A DNA stretch of 64,000 nucleotides from Octopus vulgaris (taxonomy: Eukaryota). A model generated the notes under the pieces. It searched no databases and was not told where the DNA came from. It saw nothing but the letters and a program-made list of their open reading frames with translations. Numbering within the stretch: the stretch's first letter is position 1; each line of letters opens with the position of its first letter. The position numbers and the translations under genes are program-made. Of the stretch, positions 13,001 to 26,404 are shown piece after piece. The stretch covers positions 71,424,001 to 71,488,000 of the forward strand of contig OX597832.1 of assembly GCA_951406725.2 (NCBI GenBank). Direction: 5' to 3'.

Positions 13001-13079
13001 TGCATATATGGCGGTGCCCCAGCATGGCCACAGCTCATGAGCTGAAACTAGAATCAATCAATCAATCATATAAATATAA

Positions 13080-13113
<34 letters not shown>

Positions 13114-13297
13114 TTTATAAAAATAGGGTAAAGTAAAATAATTTACTTTACCACACACCGAGCTTTTTAGAAATAGCAGCCAAAAATTTGGCTATTTCTT
13201 CCACTGCAAGAAGAAGTTTCCCAGATAATGCATACTCAGAAATAACTCACATAGGTATAAGGGAAAAACAACGAAAGATCACATCCATATAAGATAC

Positions 13298-13358
13298 CCG
13301 AGGACAGCCTGTTTCTGGATTAGTGGGTTAAACGCCAACATTTCCTTCATCAGCTCAG
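13298..13358 (-). ncRNA. Type I hammerhead ribozyme (within probable pLTR fragment ~13110-13535)
   Basis: CTGAG-CTGATGA-AGGA..TCCA-GAAAC-AGGCT-GTC-CTCGG; stem III ACAG-G-CTGT. Confidence 0.75.
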
Positions 13359-13542
13359 AGATTTCTTCTGATTTAGATTTGAAAGTACTAAGAATCAAAC
13401 ATACCCGTCCGATATATGTAACACCGGACAAACCATGCCAGACCACCAGTACTAGCGAATCCAAAAATACAAATGAGATCTATTATTCTCCCTGTCCACC
13501 TACGTGAGTCACATAGTAGTGCATTCCTACAGAGGCATATAC

Positions 13543-13629
13543 TCTTTTACTGGTTTCAGTCATTTGACTGCAGCCATGCTGGAGCACCGCCTTTAGTCGA
13601 GCGATGTTGGAGGGACAAACACAGACACA

Positions 13630-13673
<44 letters not shown>

Positions 13674-13848
13674 TATACATATATATGATGAGCTTCTTTC
13701 AGTCTCTGTCTACCAAATCCACTCACAAAGATTTGGTTGGCCTGAGGCTATAGAAGAAGACACTTGCCCAATGTGCCACGCAGTGGGACTGAACCTGGAA
13801 CCATGTGGTTGGTAAACAAGCTGCTTACCACACAGCCACTCCTGCCTA
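13543..13848 (-). mobile_element. tRNA-derived SINE with internal (CA)n
   Basis: Head GCAGGAGTGGCTGTGTGGTAAG..GGTTCAGTCCCACTGCGTGGCA and shared tail. Confidence 0.85.
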
Positions 13849-13965
13849 TACCTCTCTATACCTCTCACATTAACTTTCTCATCATTTGGACTGTAAAGCC
13901 AATTAACTGGCACTTTCTTTTCTCTTTGTCTAGTACTACAACAACAACAACTACTACTACTACTA
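13849..13965 (-). mobile_element. Short Dong/R4 REL fragment
   Basis: Matches 15332-15420 (SPNDEKVNVRGIE). Confidence 0.65.
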
Positions 13966-14136
13966 CTATATATATTTAAATATTTATATATTTTTATCTC
14001 TCTATATATATATTTGTTTCTGCTTATTTATGTGTGTGTGTATGCGTGTGTGTGTGTGCATGTGTGTTTCGATATGTATAGCTGCTGTTAATATGATCCT
14101 GATTTTTAATATCAGTTCATCAATGTATCTTTATTA

Positions 14137-14192
<56 letters not shown>

Positions 14193-14979
14193 GCTGTTGT
14201 TGTTATTGTTTCATTCAAAAGTAGGAAGCATTTAAAAAAGTGAGAATTTTTAAGAGATAAGTACCGATTTTTATTAATGTGATCATTTACAATCTTTATA
14301 ACCATATGTCTTCCTTGATTATGCACATGCACACACATGCACACACACACACACACGCACATGCACACTTGCACTAAAATACACACACAAATAATTCAAC
14401 TCATAATTTTGAAGAAAATCAGAATTCCTATAAATGAATATTACATTTGTATCATCTTGTCTGTTACTATAAACTAAAAATATAAAAGTCTATATAACTT
14501 TTATAATTACCAAATATAGTATCAAAAACAAAATCAAAATCATAAAATTTTTGCTGATTTGAAATATTAGAAATTAAACTGCTATCATCATTTTGCTACA
14601 ATTAACTCTTATAAATTGCATTTTTAAACTATGATGCTATTTAAAATTCCTTGAATTCAAAATTTGATTATCATCAATATGTTCTGGTGATAATGTAATA
14701 AATATATAATATATTATGAGTTTAACAGAGCAGATAAATTTCAAATAAAAATATAAGATAAAGCTAGTGTGAACTATTTATCTATTGATTTTTAAAATAT
14801 TTTTAAAAAATTCTAAACCCAGCATATCCAGAAGAATTTAGGTTTATCTAATCTATCAAATAGTAAATTATTTTAGCTACTTTTTTACTATTTTTGTTAA
14901 AAAGTGCTATTTCATTTTACTCATTGTTATTATATTTATTTATTCAACCTCCTCTCAAAATTATTATTGTTGTTGAAAA

Positions 14980-15120
14980 GGTGCATGGTTGAGTGGTTAG
15001 AGTTTTAGACTCTATAATCATAAAGTAGTAAATAGATTCTTGGATCATGTGACATGCGTTCTTGAGTAAGGTACTTCATTTCACATTGCTCTAGTCTTAT
15101 CAGCTGAAAAAAAGTACTAG
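14980..15120 (+). mobile_element. Degenerate tRNA-SINE head
   Basis: TGGTTGAGTGGTTAGAG..CTTGAGTAAGGTACTTCATTTCACATTGCTC. Confidence 0.55.
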
Positions 15121-15234
15121 TCAAGCACTGTTGTACTCTTTACTCCTTCTGGCTAGGCTGGAAGGTATATCAGCCGAAACGTGTTAACAACAAACAAGAT
15201 GAGGACAAATATCCATCAAATGTAAATAATGTCT

Positions 15235-15388
15235 TTAGGAGTAGTTCATATAACTGCAGGAATGCATTTTACCCATACTTTCCACAGCCTCTGTAACTCA
15301 GTGACTAAGTCCTGGTACTTTGCTATTTTCTCTATACCTCTCACATTAATTTTCTCATCATTTGGACTGCACTCTCTTTTCTTTTTGT

Positions 15389-15419
<31 letters not shown>

Positions 15420-16290
15420 CACTACCACTAAATCAGGCCTTTTAGCTTTTATTACTCTGTCAGTGTGAATGTTAATGCTCCTTAACATCTTATGCTTCTT
15501 ACTTTCTAGTACTTTACTAGGTTCATGTTCATACCACTTATCAGTATGGTCAAATCCTAGCTTTCTACATAACTCCCAGTTGATTATTCTCACTAAGTTG
15601 TCATACCTTTTCTTGTACTTAACCTTTGTCCAGTTAGTCCTTGATGCCTGATCTTGTGCTACTACTAACAAAGTTTCTGTCTCCTTTTTAAGTCATCCTT
15701 TCTGCAACTACAACCATGCCTCACTATTACTATTTTCTGCAATATCTTTGGAAATCTACCAAACAAAGCTTTCTCTTGCCAGTCAGATAGTCTTGCTTCT
15801 TTTTTTCTGGTTTTTAACTGCATTTAGCTTTTGGGTTTCCCTGTCTCCTACTATTACGCAAGTAGCTTTTAATAAAATTTCCTCACTATTGCCGATATTG
15901 GAGGCTGTATCTACTCTAGCTAACTCCACATAGTCTTCTTCTGATATTAAACTTCTACCACCTTCCTTTCTCAGTAAGTGCAATCCTGCTACTCCTGCTC
16001 TAGGAGTAGCAATTCATCCATTCATACTGAATTATTTCCTAGTCTAGCTCTTTTGTCTAGATTTGTTAATTCAGGTTTTGTCCAGTCTACAAAAGCTGCT
16101 GAATATATGAGTAATAATATTGTCCAAGTATTTACAGCCTTCACTAGATTTGGACCATTTAGCTTTGGCTCCATTAGCTTCTTCATCCTTCTGATATATT
16201 CTTCAACTGTCTCTTTTATTTCTAATGTCAGATTCTAATACTCTTAGATACTTCTAACTTTCTCCTTCTTTTAATACTAAACTGAGGAGA
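15235..16290 (-). mobile_element. Dong/R4-clade LINE fragment (REL endonuclease)
   Basis: AQDQA, KRYDN..I.WELC, KWYEHEP, TDR.IKA.RPDLVVVD, EKIAKYQDL..E.QRLW. Confidence 0.85.
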
Positions 16291-16474
16291 ATTAAACATA
16301 ACACAAATATTAAAGGGGATAACCAGTTTCCTTGAAAAATTCTTCTCTTGATATTAACTTTTCCTAAGGTTGTATCATCTGAGTAAAGGTCTAGTTTCCT
16401 TTTCTTCATGCTATAGCTAAAAATCTTTTATGCTGTCTGCAGTACTGAATATACTCAAACATTCACTTATCCAT

Positions 16475-17092
16475 GCTGAACCCGCATGTATAGGATAGAT
16501 GATCCTTATATTGCAGAAAAATTTTGTCGGTGTCCAGCCTTGAACCTCGAACTCACATCTCTGTGATTACCAGCCAAGTGCTTTACCCTTAAGCTAAACT
16601 GCCCACTGATAAATTTTTCTGCAATTTTTGAACTTATAAATTTAGCTTTTTACAGACGCTGTATGTGAAATTCAAATTACGACATATGAAAACAAAGTTT
16701 ACCTTTTTTATGGAAGTGTTGAGATGTATTGAAATATAGAGATATGGAAATAATTTATTCTCAATCACTGAATAATGCTGAACAGCATATATAATACAGA
16801 TAATCCTTATATTGCAGAAAAATTTGTCAATAAAAAGCTAAATTTATAAGTTTAAAAATTGCGGAAAAATTTGTCAGTGGGCAGTTTAGCCTAATGGTAA
16901 AGCAGTTGACCATTAATCACAGAGATATGAGTCCGAGTATCATGGTTGGCTGCTGACAAATTTTCCTGCAATATATGCTATTCAGCATTATTTAGCATTT
17001 GAGAATAAATTATTTCCATATCTGTATATTTCAATACATCTCAATGCTTCCATAAAAACCAAACTTGTTTGTTTACATATATCGTAATTTAT
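16475..17092. repeat. Tandem plus inverted repeat containing two tRNA-like sequences
   Basis: tRNA-like sequence on minus ~16530-16607 and plus ~16877-16953; 16676-16790 inverted at 16972-17092; 16475-16530 repeated at 16777-16828. Confidence 0.7.
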
Positions 17093-17804
17093 ATATATAT
17101 ACATATGTACACCAGTCAGATACATCTCAACCAAATGTGTGCAACATGGTGATCTCATCATATCAAGATAAACAGTGCATGACCTTGCAGGTGGAGTCCA
17201 GTTAGAATTTTTTTCAGGTTGAGTAGCCCATCCCACTCAGACGGGCCTTGAATAAAGGTTGTTGAACAAAGCATCCATGTTTTCAGAGATAAATTATTTA
17301 AACCCCAAAGAATTCCTCTCAACATATGGCTATGATGCACCCTCACTACTTCTGCTCATGATCAGAGATGCACATATCATCAGCCACCAAGTGACATGCT
17401 CAACTGGTTAATGTCAAACAACTGACAAACAAATCTGTGATACTAAGCAGAATACTTGATGTGGCTCATCTTTTATACTGAGACAAAACATGTACGCGGT
17501 AACGTTTTCAATTAGTTAAGATCAGAAGCCATGAGAGCCAGTGCCTGTATTATTATTATTATTACTATTATCATCATCTTCTTCATTCAATTTTTTTACA
17601 TTTCTTGATGAGTGTCTTCCTTACATCTCAGGCAAAGAAACTCTCTGTTATCATTGGTAGTCTATTAAAATGAAGACACTTAATAGTTCATTTACAAAGT
17701 CATGTGATAGAAGAAAAGGGGAAGAAAGACAGACAAAAAAAGGATAGAAAAAAGGAAAAAGAAAAAGTAAACAAAGAAAATAAAAGGAGAAAAAGGAAAG
17801 AAAA

Positions 17805-18080
17805 TTCACAGTGGCAATGCTCTTCTCAATTAAAGTAACATACTAGTTAAAACAATCTTTTGCACTTCCTGCATGGTAAGCCAGGGATCATCCTCAAATA
17901 ATTTTCAGTTTCTTCTCTTTATTTTGATCAGTCCAAGTGCTCCTACAATCATTGGTATTGTAACCATACTGAGACCCTACATCCTTTTGATTTCAATCAA
18001 CAAATCTTTATATTTTCTGAGCTTACCAAATTCTTTTGCTGGTATGCTCATGTCAATCAATAAACAGACTTAATTGTTTC
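17805..18080 (-). mobile_element. Dong/R4 REL 3' fragment
   Basis: Reverse strand encodes LIDMS.P..KLRKYKDLLIEI..M..IPMIVGALG. Confidence 0.7.
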
Positions 18081-18090
18081 GGTCTTATTA

Positions 18091-18121
<31 letters not shown>

Positions 18122-18167
18122 TTTATTTAATTATTAATTAGTTAATTATTTAAGTAAGTAAGTAATT

Positions 18168-18378
18168 AAGGCAGTGAGCTGACAGAACCATTAGCATACT
18201 GGACAAGATGCTTGGTGGGATCTCTTTGCTTTGAGTTCAGATTCCACCAAGTTTGACTTTACCTTTTATCCTTTCGGATCGATAAAATAAGTTCCAGTTA
18301 AGGACAGGAGGGGGTCAATGTAATCAACTATTGGCCTCCCACAAAATTTCATACTGTGTGCCTACAGTAGAAATATAA
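18168..18378 (+). mobile_element. SINE
   Basis: AGGCAGTGAGCTG.CAGAA..GAGTTCA.ATTCC.CC.AG..TGACTTT.CCTT..ATCCTTTCGG..GATAAAATAAG. Confidence 0.7.
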
Positions 18379-18514
18379 TATTAATATTGAGTTTTGATGG
18401 GAATGGATTATTTTCTTTTGTTCTTGGTTAGTTTTTGGATTTATCACATTTCTGAAGTGTTAGCTGATTACTTTTTGTGTCATGTATAAAATTATTACAA
18501 AGCAAATTGAGATG

Positions 18515-18680
18515 GTGCAGGTATGGCTGTGTGATAGGAAGTTTGCTTCCCAACCATACGTCTTGGGTTCAGCTCTGCAGCAAGTATCTTCTACCATAGC
18601 TCTGGGCCAACCAAAGCCTTGTGAGTAAATTTGGTAAATGGAAACTGAAAGAAATCCATCAAGTGCACATGTGTGTGTGT
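18515..18680 (+). mobile_element. tRNA-derived SINE 5' part
   Basis: Same head as 13543-13848. Confidence 0.7.
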
Positions 18681-18714
18681 AACTTTGTTATGACGTCACA
18701 TAATTATTTATAAA

Positions 18715-19700
18715 ATAGAGAATATAGTCTTTGTGTGTGGTAAATGTGCAGGTACAATAAGCACTAAAAATATGCAGACAATAGACTCCCTCAAATGCTT
18801 TGGGGGATTATCAGAAGTAGTAGATGGCTTCTATTACCTAGGAGACCAATTTAGAAGTGGGGGAAGAAGTTCTGAAAGTGTAGTTGATAGCATAAGAAAG
18901 GGCTGGACGAAGTTCAGAGAGCTTCTACCTTTGCTGGTAACTAAGAGATTCTCTCTCAGAGTGAAAGGCAGATTGGATGATGCCTGTGTACATACAGCTA
19001 TGCTACATGGCAGTGAAACATGAGCTTTGATTACAGAGGACTTGTGAAAGCTTGTAAAAAATGAAGCTAGCATGCTATGTTGGATGGGTAATGTCAGTGT
19101 GCAAGCACAACAGAGTGTAAATGATTTAAGAGGAAAACTGGGTATAAGAGGCAAGAGAGAAGACTGCACTGGTTTGGTCATGTAATGAAAACGGTTGTGT
19201 AACAAAGTACCAAGCTCTAATTGTGAAGGGTACCTGTGGAAGGGGTAGATCCAGGAAGATCCAACAAAGGGGAAGATCCGACAAAGTGGTGAGAAAGGAT
19301 CTTCAGACACTGGGCATTACTAAGGAAATGACAAGGGATTAGAAGTTGTGGTGGTTTGGTGTACTTGAAGAGACATGTCAAGTTAAGTAAAATTACTGTC
19401 TTCCACACATACAAGCTTGTCCTTTCAGGTACCGGTGCCACTTGAAAAGCACCTGTGCTGGTGCTATGGTAACACACCCGTGTTGGTACTGCATAAACGC
19501 ACCAGTGCCAGTGGTACATAAAAAGCACCCAGCACTCTCTGTTAAGTGGTTGGCATTAGGAATGGCCTCCAACCATAGAAACCACGCCACAACAGACAGC
19601 TTGAGTCTGGTCAGCTCCCTGCTAGCCAGATTCATATCAAATCACCCAACCCATGCCATCATGGAAAGCAGATGTTAAACAATAATGATGATGATGAACG
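18715..19700 (+). mobile_element. RTE LINE 3' fragment
   Basis: CGKC, FYYLGDQ, W.KFRELLPLL, MLHGSET; 3' tail with (GAT)n. Confidence 0.85.
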
Positions 19701-20014
19701 TCATTCATTTCCCATATTCTGCAAATGCGACTGATTATGGGAAATATTACCTTGCTTCAAAACTGATAATGGTCAACAACAAGAAAGGCATTCAGCTGTA
19801 GAAAATCTGCCTCAATAAACTCCCAGACAATTTAACAAAAGCAGTTTCATTGTGAGAATTTCATAATTGGGGTTTAAAAACAGATGTTAAAAATTAAGTT
19901 TTGCATGAATTGCTTCCAGCAAGAAAATTTTAAATGACATAGCTTAGTCCAAGAAAGAATAGTGGGGAAAATGTATTCCTTGAAATTCACTCTTCTTGCT
20001 CAAAAACCTGCTCA

Positions 20015-20620
20015 TGAGCAGGCAAACAAAATGCTTAGCTGCTTTTGCTTCACAAAAGGTGGTGGGGTTTTACTAAGCTCTTAAAAGATAAAAGGAGTAA
20101 CTACCCTAGCATCTTACCCGATCAACAAAAGCCAAGTTTATTAGACACAACCTGACCTTCAAGAGCAAACACAATGCACAAATCATCCACTCATAAGATT
20201 GTACAAAGTTCAAACTCTACTATGGTCAACTTTGCCTTTCATCCTTTCAGGGTTGATAAAATAAAATAACAGGCAAATACAAAAGCCAGTGGAATTTAAA
20301 AGCCTCCTCCCCTCAAAACTAATGAGTTTGTACCTAAATTAGAAACAAATGATGATGGATTGTCAGGCAAAAAGATTTGTAGTGTTTCAACTCTTTACAT
20401 TCTGAGTTGACAGAATTATTAGAAGAGCAGACAAAATGTTTTGCAGTTTTTCTTCTAGCTCTTTTCATTGTAAGTTCAGATCCCACCAAAGTCAACTCTG
20501 CTATTCATTCCTCCAAGGTCAGAAAAAGAAAGTACTAGTCATGCTCTGGGGTTGACAGCATCAACTTATCTCTTTGTCTCAAAATTTCTGGCCTTGTGCC
20601 TAAGTCAGAGACAATTATTT
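20015..20620 (+). mobile_element. Cluster of degenerate SINE fragments
   Basis: Repeated GTTCAAA..GGTCAACTTTGCCTTTCATCCTT..GATAAAATAA..GTGCCTAA.TTAGAAAC blocks. Confidence 0.55.
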
Positions 20621-21056
20621 TTAATTTTTAGTTTTAATTTCTTTTTAGGGAGAAATATGCTCAATATGGAGTAATAAGCTATTAAATAACTTCATTGAAT
20701 AAAATTATTGATGAGAAATTAGAACTTTGGTGAGCTGTAGTTGAGAAAACAAAAGCAAATGTATATAAATTAATAGAGCAAATGGGTTGCAGAGTGATGC
20801 AGGATGGGATGAGGAGTTAATGATTGATAACTTATTGTTATTCATGCCAAACACATTATTTCTGTGGTATTTGAAGTTTTAAAGAAATAAATTCAACTTA
20901 TTAAACAAAGAAATCATGCAAGAATGCAAAACGGGGAAGTCTCTTCATAGCAGTGATTAATTTACATGTAATTTCTCAAGGAAAATTAAGAGGGAAAGAA
21001 CGAGAAAAAAAGGTGAGCAATTGACAGAAAGCTAGGGTAGATAGGCAGGAAGAAAA

Positions 21057-21345
21057 AATAGATAGATAGACTGAAAGAGAGAGACAGACAGACAGAGACA
21101 GAGAGACATAGAGATAAAGATAGACAGACAGACAGACAGATACACGCACACGTACCACATACATTCATACATACATTCATACATACGTACATACATATGT
21201 ACATACATACGTACATATGTACATACGTACGTACATACATACATATGTACATACATACATACATACATATATACATACATACATACATACACACATACAT
21301 ACATACATACATACATACATACATACATGTACATAGACAGGTAGA
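21057..21345. repeat. (AGAC)n and (TACA)n microsatellites
   Basis: Direct inspection. Confidence 0.95.
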
Positions 21346-22929
21346 TAAATATAGAAAGAGTAGAGGTGAAAAGATAGACATGGAAAGGAGATGCATTAGC
21401 TTTCTCAATACATAAAAGAGAGAGAGAAGGAGAGGCTAAGAAAGTGATGAGAAATGGGAAAAAAGAAAGAGAAATAGACAGAAAAATGAAGAGTATCAAA
21501 GTGAAAGGCTTTATCGGATTAAATTCTGTTTTGTTGAAACCAACAGAATGACTCAAATATACAAATGATAAATTTCTTTTGCCAGAAATAAATAAAAAAG
21601 ACCCAAACCAAAACAAATTGCACAAAAGAAGATTGTCATTTCTCTATGGCAAGTTTATCTTTGCATCATTCTTCTGACAAAGTTAAACCAATATGAATAC
21701 ATTGCTGTTGATGAGGCTACAGTGAAGATAGTTACTATAGACAGAAAACACTCTCTTCCACAAATATGAATAAATGCTTTTACTTTAGATAATTTCGAGA
21801 CACTACATCATTATTGTAGCTGAAAATATCATACTCAAACCTCACAATCACTGGCTTCTCTTATTCACTAGGTGATTCAGACATGTACTTACTTAATCAT
21901 AGATAATCAAAAGCCATGGTTTTCCTGAACAATGCAGTCTATCTCTATAGTTAGCTACTAGACAGTTACTGGTCAATAGATCAAAAACTTCATGCATCCA
22001 ACTGACCAGCTGCATATTTTGAATTAATTTATCCTAGTTAAGCTGTCATTCAAAACTATCTCAGGTGTAACAAAATGGGGTGCAATGATATGAATGATGA
22101 TTGGTATTAAGAAAAATACTTTAATAGCCATTCTTGCAGAATAATATATTCTCTGCTAACATTGCTATATTATGGGTGTAAATAGCTTTCAGTTGAGTTT
22201 CCTCTTATTTTTCAACAACTGAAAAACTTTAATTGACAACCAAGCAAATCTGATTTTCTCTTTTGCAGTAGAACTGTTAATTAATATGTGGAATTGGTAT
22301 AAGCTATGTGTTCTGTTCAGGAGAGACGCTGCTGAAACATTATTCAGATCTGTGATGAATTACACTTTATCATTTACAGGTTCATTGGATAAAGTTGTTA
22401 TGCATCTAAAACTTCCAAGTTTAAATATTAAGTGCTCTCAAAAGTTCAAATAAAAGGAAAAGGTTTATCTTTCTACTGTAAATCACTTGTTGGTAATTTC
22501 TAGTTTCAGTCATTTACTCAGTGAGGAATGTGCAGCCTTAAGGTCTTGTGCGTCTTTGAAGCTGTTAAATGCAGCTTCCTGAAAGGAGTCCAGATTTTGC
22601 CAAAAAAAATACATTCCTGTTGATTACATAGTATATATATGTTGATTGCCTCATCTTGTTAGATGATAACCATCTCACATTCATTTGGTAGTGAGACATT
22701 TGAATGTCATTGGATTTAAAAGACAAAAACTTTTGCCACTCTCTTGGTTGCCATAGTAGTTTCCAGTGGCAAGCACTGCAAGATGACTGCTACTATTTTG
22801 ACTGCAAATTTTATGTTGGAATATCTTTCTCCTTGAAGAGCTACCTTCACCACAGCTTTGTTAAAAATTAACAAGAGCCTCCTCTACCTCTGGGATATCC
22901 GCTTAAGCCATAGATGGGACTCTGGCAGG

Positions 22930-23180
22930 TGGAGGCATGTGGCTTAGTGGTTAGGGATTTGGACTCGTGATCATAAGTTTGAGGTTTCTATTCCTGAATC
23001 ATGCGAAACATAGAGTTCTAAAGCAAATTACTTCATTTCACATTGCTCCAGTCCACTCAGCTGATGAAAATAGGTAATCCTACGAAGGACTGGCATTCCA
23101 TCCAGGTGGGGAATTTATACACCACAGAAACTGGGAAACCAGCCCTTATGAGTTGGCATGACTCAAGAAGGTATCTTGTA
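22930..23180 (+). mobile_element. tRNA-derived SINE
   Basis: TGGCTTAGTGGTTAGG..GACTCGTGATC..GGTTTC.ATTCC; core CTTCATTTCACATTGCTCCAGTCCACTCAGCTG. Confidence 0.75.
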
Positions 23181-23289
23181 CCCTGTCAAGCACTACTATT
23201 CTGAGTTAGAATGGACACACTGTTTATATATATAAATGATAATGGACTCTCCCATCAGATTTGAAGTATGAGTATCTAACAACTTACAC

Positions 23290-24190
23290 TTTCTTTGTCA
23301 GTCATAATGCTTAAGGCGAATGCGACATTTGAGTCCTGCCAATGATTTGCATAGAAGCCCACAGATGTTGCAAGTATGAGGATTACAGATCAGTGCAGGC
23401 AGCGTATTTGCATCTGCTTTTCTCTTTTGCCTTGCACTCCTTCACTTGCTAATGCTAGTTGAAACAAAGTTTCTTATACCATTTTGACAAGACAATCTCC
23501 AATTTCTTTACTCTAAGGTCGTTTGCTAAAGGTGTTGGGAGCTATATTGACTACTGAGAGGTTACTCTTCAGCTTGTCCTTATATCTGAGCCATGGTCAC
23601 CCAACATTCCTGTACCCACTATCAATTTATCTGTACACGAGGACTTCTTTTGACACTCATTCTGATGACATGACCAGCCCAGCACAATCATGACTACATA
23701 AAGCTCTCAGGTTGACATTAGATACTCTGTCTTTTAATGAATAACTGCAGATTGTCCTGAGACAGCCTTTATGGAAAATGTCTAGTTGGTTAATGTGCAC
23801 AATTCTGAGTCATAGAAGAGAGTAGTAAGAAAGGCAGCTTTATAGACCTGCATTCTGGTGTCAAATTTAATGCCCCTTTCATTCCTTAGGCAACAACAGA
23901 GTTTGCCAAATGCTTTCACAAGACAGTTGATGATTTCATCATCAAGGGAAGCACTTGAGTTCACTTTACTACCAAGATGAATAAATGATTTCACAACTTG
24001 AGGTTTTTCCCATCAACCTGTATAGGAGTGTCAGAAATTGTGAGCTAACAGTCTCTGCTTGATACCCCAAACTTCCTTAGATGTAGAGTCAGGTTAGTAG
24101 ATTACTTCTATTATCTTTATGCTGACAGTTAAGCCAATGTCTTTACATGCAGCAGAAATCCAGTCTAGAAGTTCCTGAACTTCCTCTAAG
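23290..24190 (-). mobile_element. BovB-type RTE LINE fragment
   Basis: F.HLGS...LDDEI...AFGKL...GIK..T...VYKA..LTTL.Y.SE; AGLVMS..; GDHGSD; degenerate. Confidence 0.7.
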
Positions 24191-24239
24191 AAAGTTGCTA
24201 CTAGTGCAACATTGTCTGTAAAAAGCATAGACATACATA

Positions 24240-24345
24240 TAGACAGGCAGGTAGGCAGGCAGACAGACAGACAGACATGCAGGCAGGCAGACGGACGGAT
24301 GGACAGATGGACAGACAGACAGACAGACAGGCAGGCGGACGGACG

Positions 24346-24383
<38 letters not shown>

Positions 24384-24400
24384 TAGATAGAGTGAGAGAG
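24240..24400. repeat. (GACA/GGCA/GGAC)n tetranucleotide tract
   Basis: Direct inspection. Confidence 0.9.
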
Positions 24401-24560
24401 CGGTAGGCATGGCAGTGTGGTTAAGAAGTTTGTTTCCCAAACAAGTAGTTTTAGGTTCAGTCCTGCTGTGCAGCACCTTTGGCAAGTGTCTTCACTAAAC
24501 TCCTGGACCAACTAAAGCCTTAACAGGATTTGGTGAATAGAAACTAAGAGAAACACATCA
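24400..24560 (+). mobile_element. tRNA-derived SINE 5' part
   Basis: GGCATGGCAGTGTGGTTAAGAAG..GGTTCAGTCC..GGCAAGTGTCTTC. Confidence 0.75.
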
Positions 24561-24809
24561 TGTGTATGTGAGTGTGTGTGTGTTTTTACATTTGTGCATC
24601 TTCAAAAATTGTCCATTGACAGACTGTGATGTTGCTGTCATGTTGCTGTCATTTACCCAATCAGCTGGTCACCCACTGAAAAATAGTTGAGGGTTAGTGA
24701 CAGATAGAGTCAGTGGTTATATAAAGAAGTGCCTCAATAATATACTCATATCTAGTATATGCTAGCATCTTTTATCTAGTATATGCTAGCATCTAGTATA
24801 TGCTAGCAT

Positions 24810-25188
24810 CTTTTATCTTTTACTTGTTCAACCAGCTGGGGCACTGTCATGAAGAATTTTTAGTCAAATTGATTAACTCCAGTACTTAATTTTTGTTAAG
24901 CCTGGTACTTATTCTATCAATCTCCCTTGCCAAACTGCTAAATTGCAGGAATGTAAGCACACCAACACAGGTTGTGAAACGGTGGGGTAGGGGACAAATA
25001 CACACACACACACATACAACAGGCTTCTTTCAGTTTCCATTTACCAAATCCACTCACAAGGCTTTGGTTGGCTCATAGCTACAGTAGAAGACACATGACA
25101 TTTGCCCAAGGTGCCATGCAGTGAAACTGAACCTAGAACCATTTTCTTGGGAAGCAAACTTCTTACCACACAGCTACACCTGCACCTA
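24810..25188 (-). mobile_element. tRNA-derived SINE
   Basis: Same family in reverse, with head and tail. Confidence 0.75.
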
Positions 25189-26404
25189 TAAGCAAAAAAG
25201 AAACAAATGTAAAACTGAACAAATTAATGAAATGTGTATCAGTCATTAAAAGGTCAGTTTAGTTTTGTTTCTTACTCTAATATTCATAATTACATTTTCA
25301 CAGTAAAAGTAATTTTCTTTTAATATTTTTCTACAAGTTTATTAAAAAAATTTGATACAATCTCTTAACATTACACTTAATTGATTGTGATCTTCAAAGA
25401 CAAAGGATTACCCCTACTCCTGTACTAAAACTTACATGTTAAAATTCTATCAATACCTTTTCTTTTTTTACTTTTATTGTTATGTTCTCTTTATTTATAT
25501 TCACTTACAGCTTAAGTAAGCAGAAGTAGTTTTTTTAATCAATCCTTGCAGAATTACTAATTAATTCATTCTTTAATCACTGCAGAAAGAGCTTTTGAAT
25601 ATTAAAGGTATTAGCTGACATAGGCAAGAGTGAAAACTGCACTGTGATGTGGCAAGACAATGAACATGGAGTCAAAAATTGCTGCATGCTAAAAGTGTTA
25701 AAGCACCAGTGGTAGATATAAACATTAAAAGGAAACCAGCATGATGATAGTGAATTTCAGAGAGCAACAGTTTGAGGAAAGAAGCTATTAGAATAAAAGA
25801 TCTATAACTAACACAGAATAGTTTTTCAACAACACTAATTTTTTCTTAATAGACTACAGTGAAGTGTGAGGAAACTTTTAGACGCCCCACTATAGATACC
25901 TAATAGTAAAAAAGATAAACAAAATATGTGTTTAACAGATCTTGTGTGCTAATACAGGGTTAAGATTAACTCTTCCACAATGTAATTACTTCAATTTCGG
26001 CACCATCTCTTGGTTCAAGTCACTTAATAACAAATACAGCTATGAAATTCTTCAAATTTGTTTACTCTTTTTAAGCCAGCAAGCTGTTGGTAACAGTCTA
26101 ATGTAGAGTTGGCTGCTAATTCTAATAGGGCATGAACATGTCTACATAGCTCACATCTATTGTGACCATCACTAGAACATTGCAGGGTAATCTGAACAGA
26201 TTGGGAAGATAGACTCACATACACTGCATTCCATGATAAATTATTTATTATATGCCAGGATCCTTAACTAAACAGAGATATCATATATCTAGAATGCTTG
26301 ATCTGTGGGTCATATATTAACCGTTGATTAACTAATGATTGCTTTGTACAGTAACGTCTGCTTGATTTGGTTTGACCTCACACAACAGAAAAAAAGAGAA
26401 AGCA

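Noticed and set aside
15149-15190. Partial HHR (GGCTG..CAGCC-GAAAC)
   Set aside because: CTGANGA box absent (CTGGCTA); at best a truncated relic
20976-21625. Long ORFs (up to 197 aa)
   Set aside because: Translations of microsatellites; the same applies to the IYIY, CVCV and THTH ORFs throughout
23062-23075. Other CTGATGA hits (23062, 23662, 32136, 50288, 52231)
   Set aside because: No stem II/GAAA/stem I arrangement; they lie within SINE or transposon coding sequence
24748-24812. Three copies of ATCTAGTATATGCTAGC
   Set aside because: Simple local slippage duplication at a SINE end
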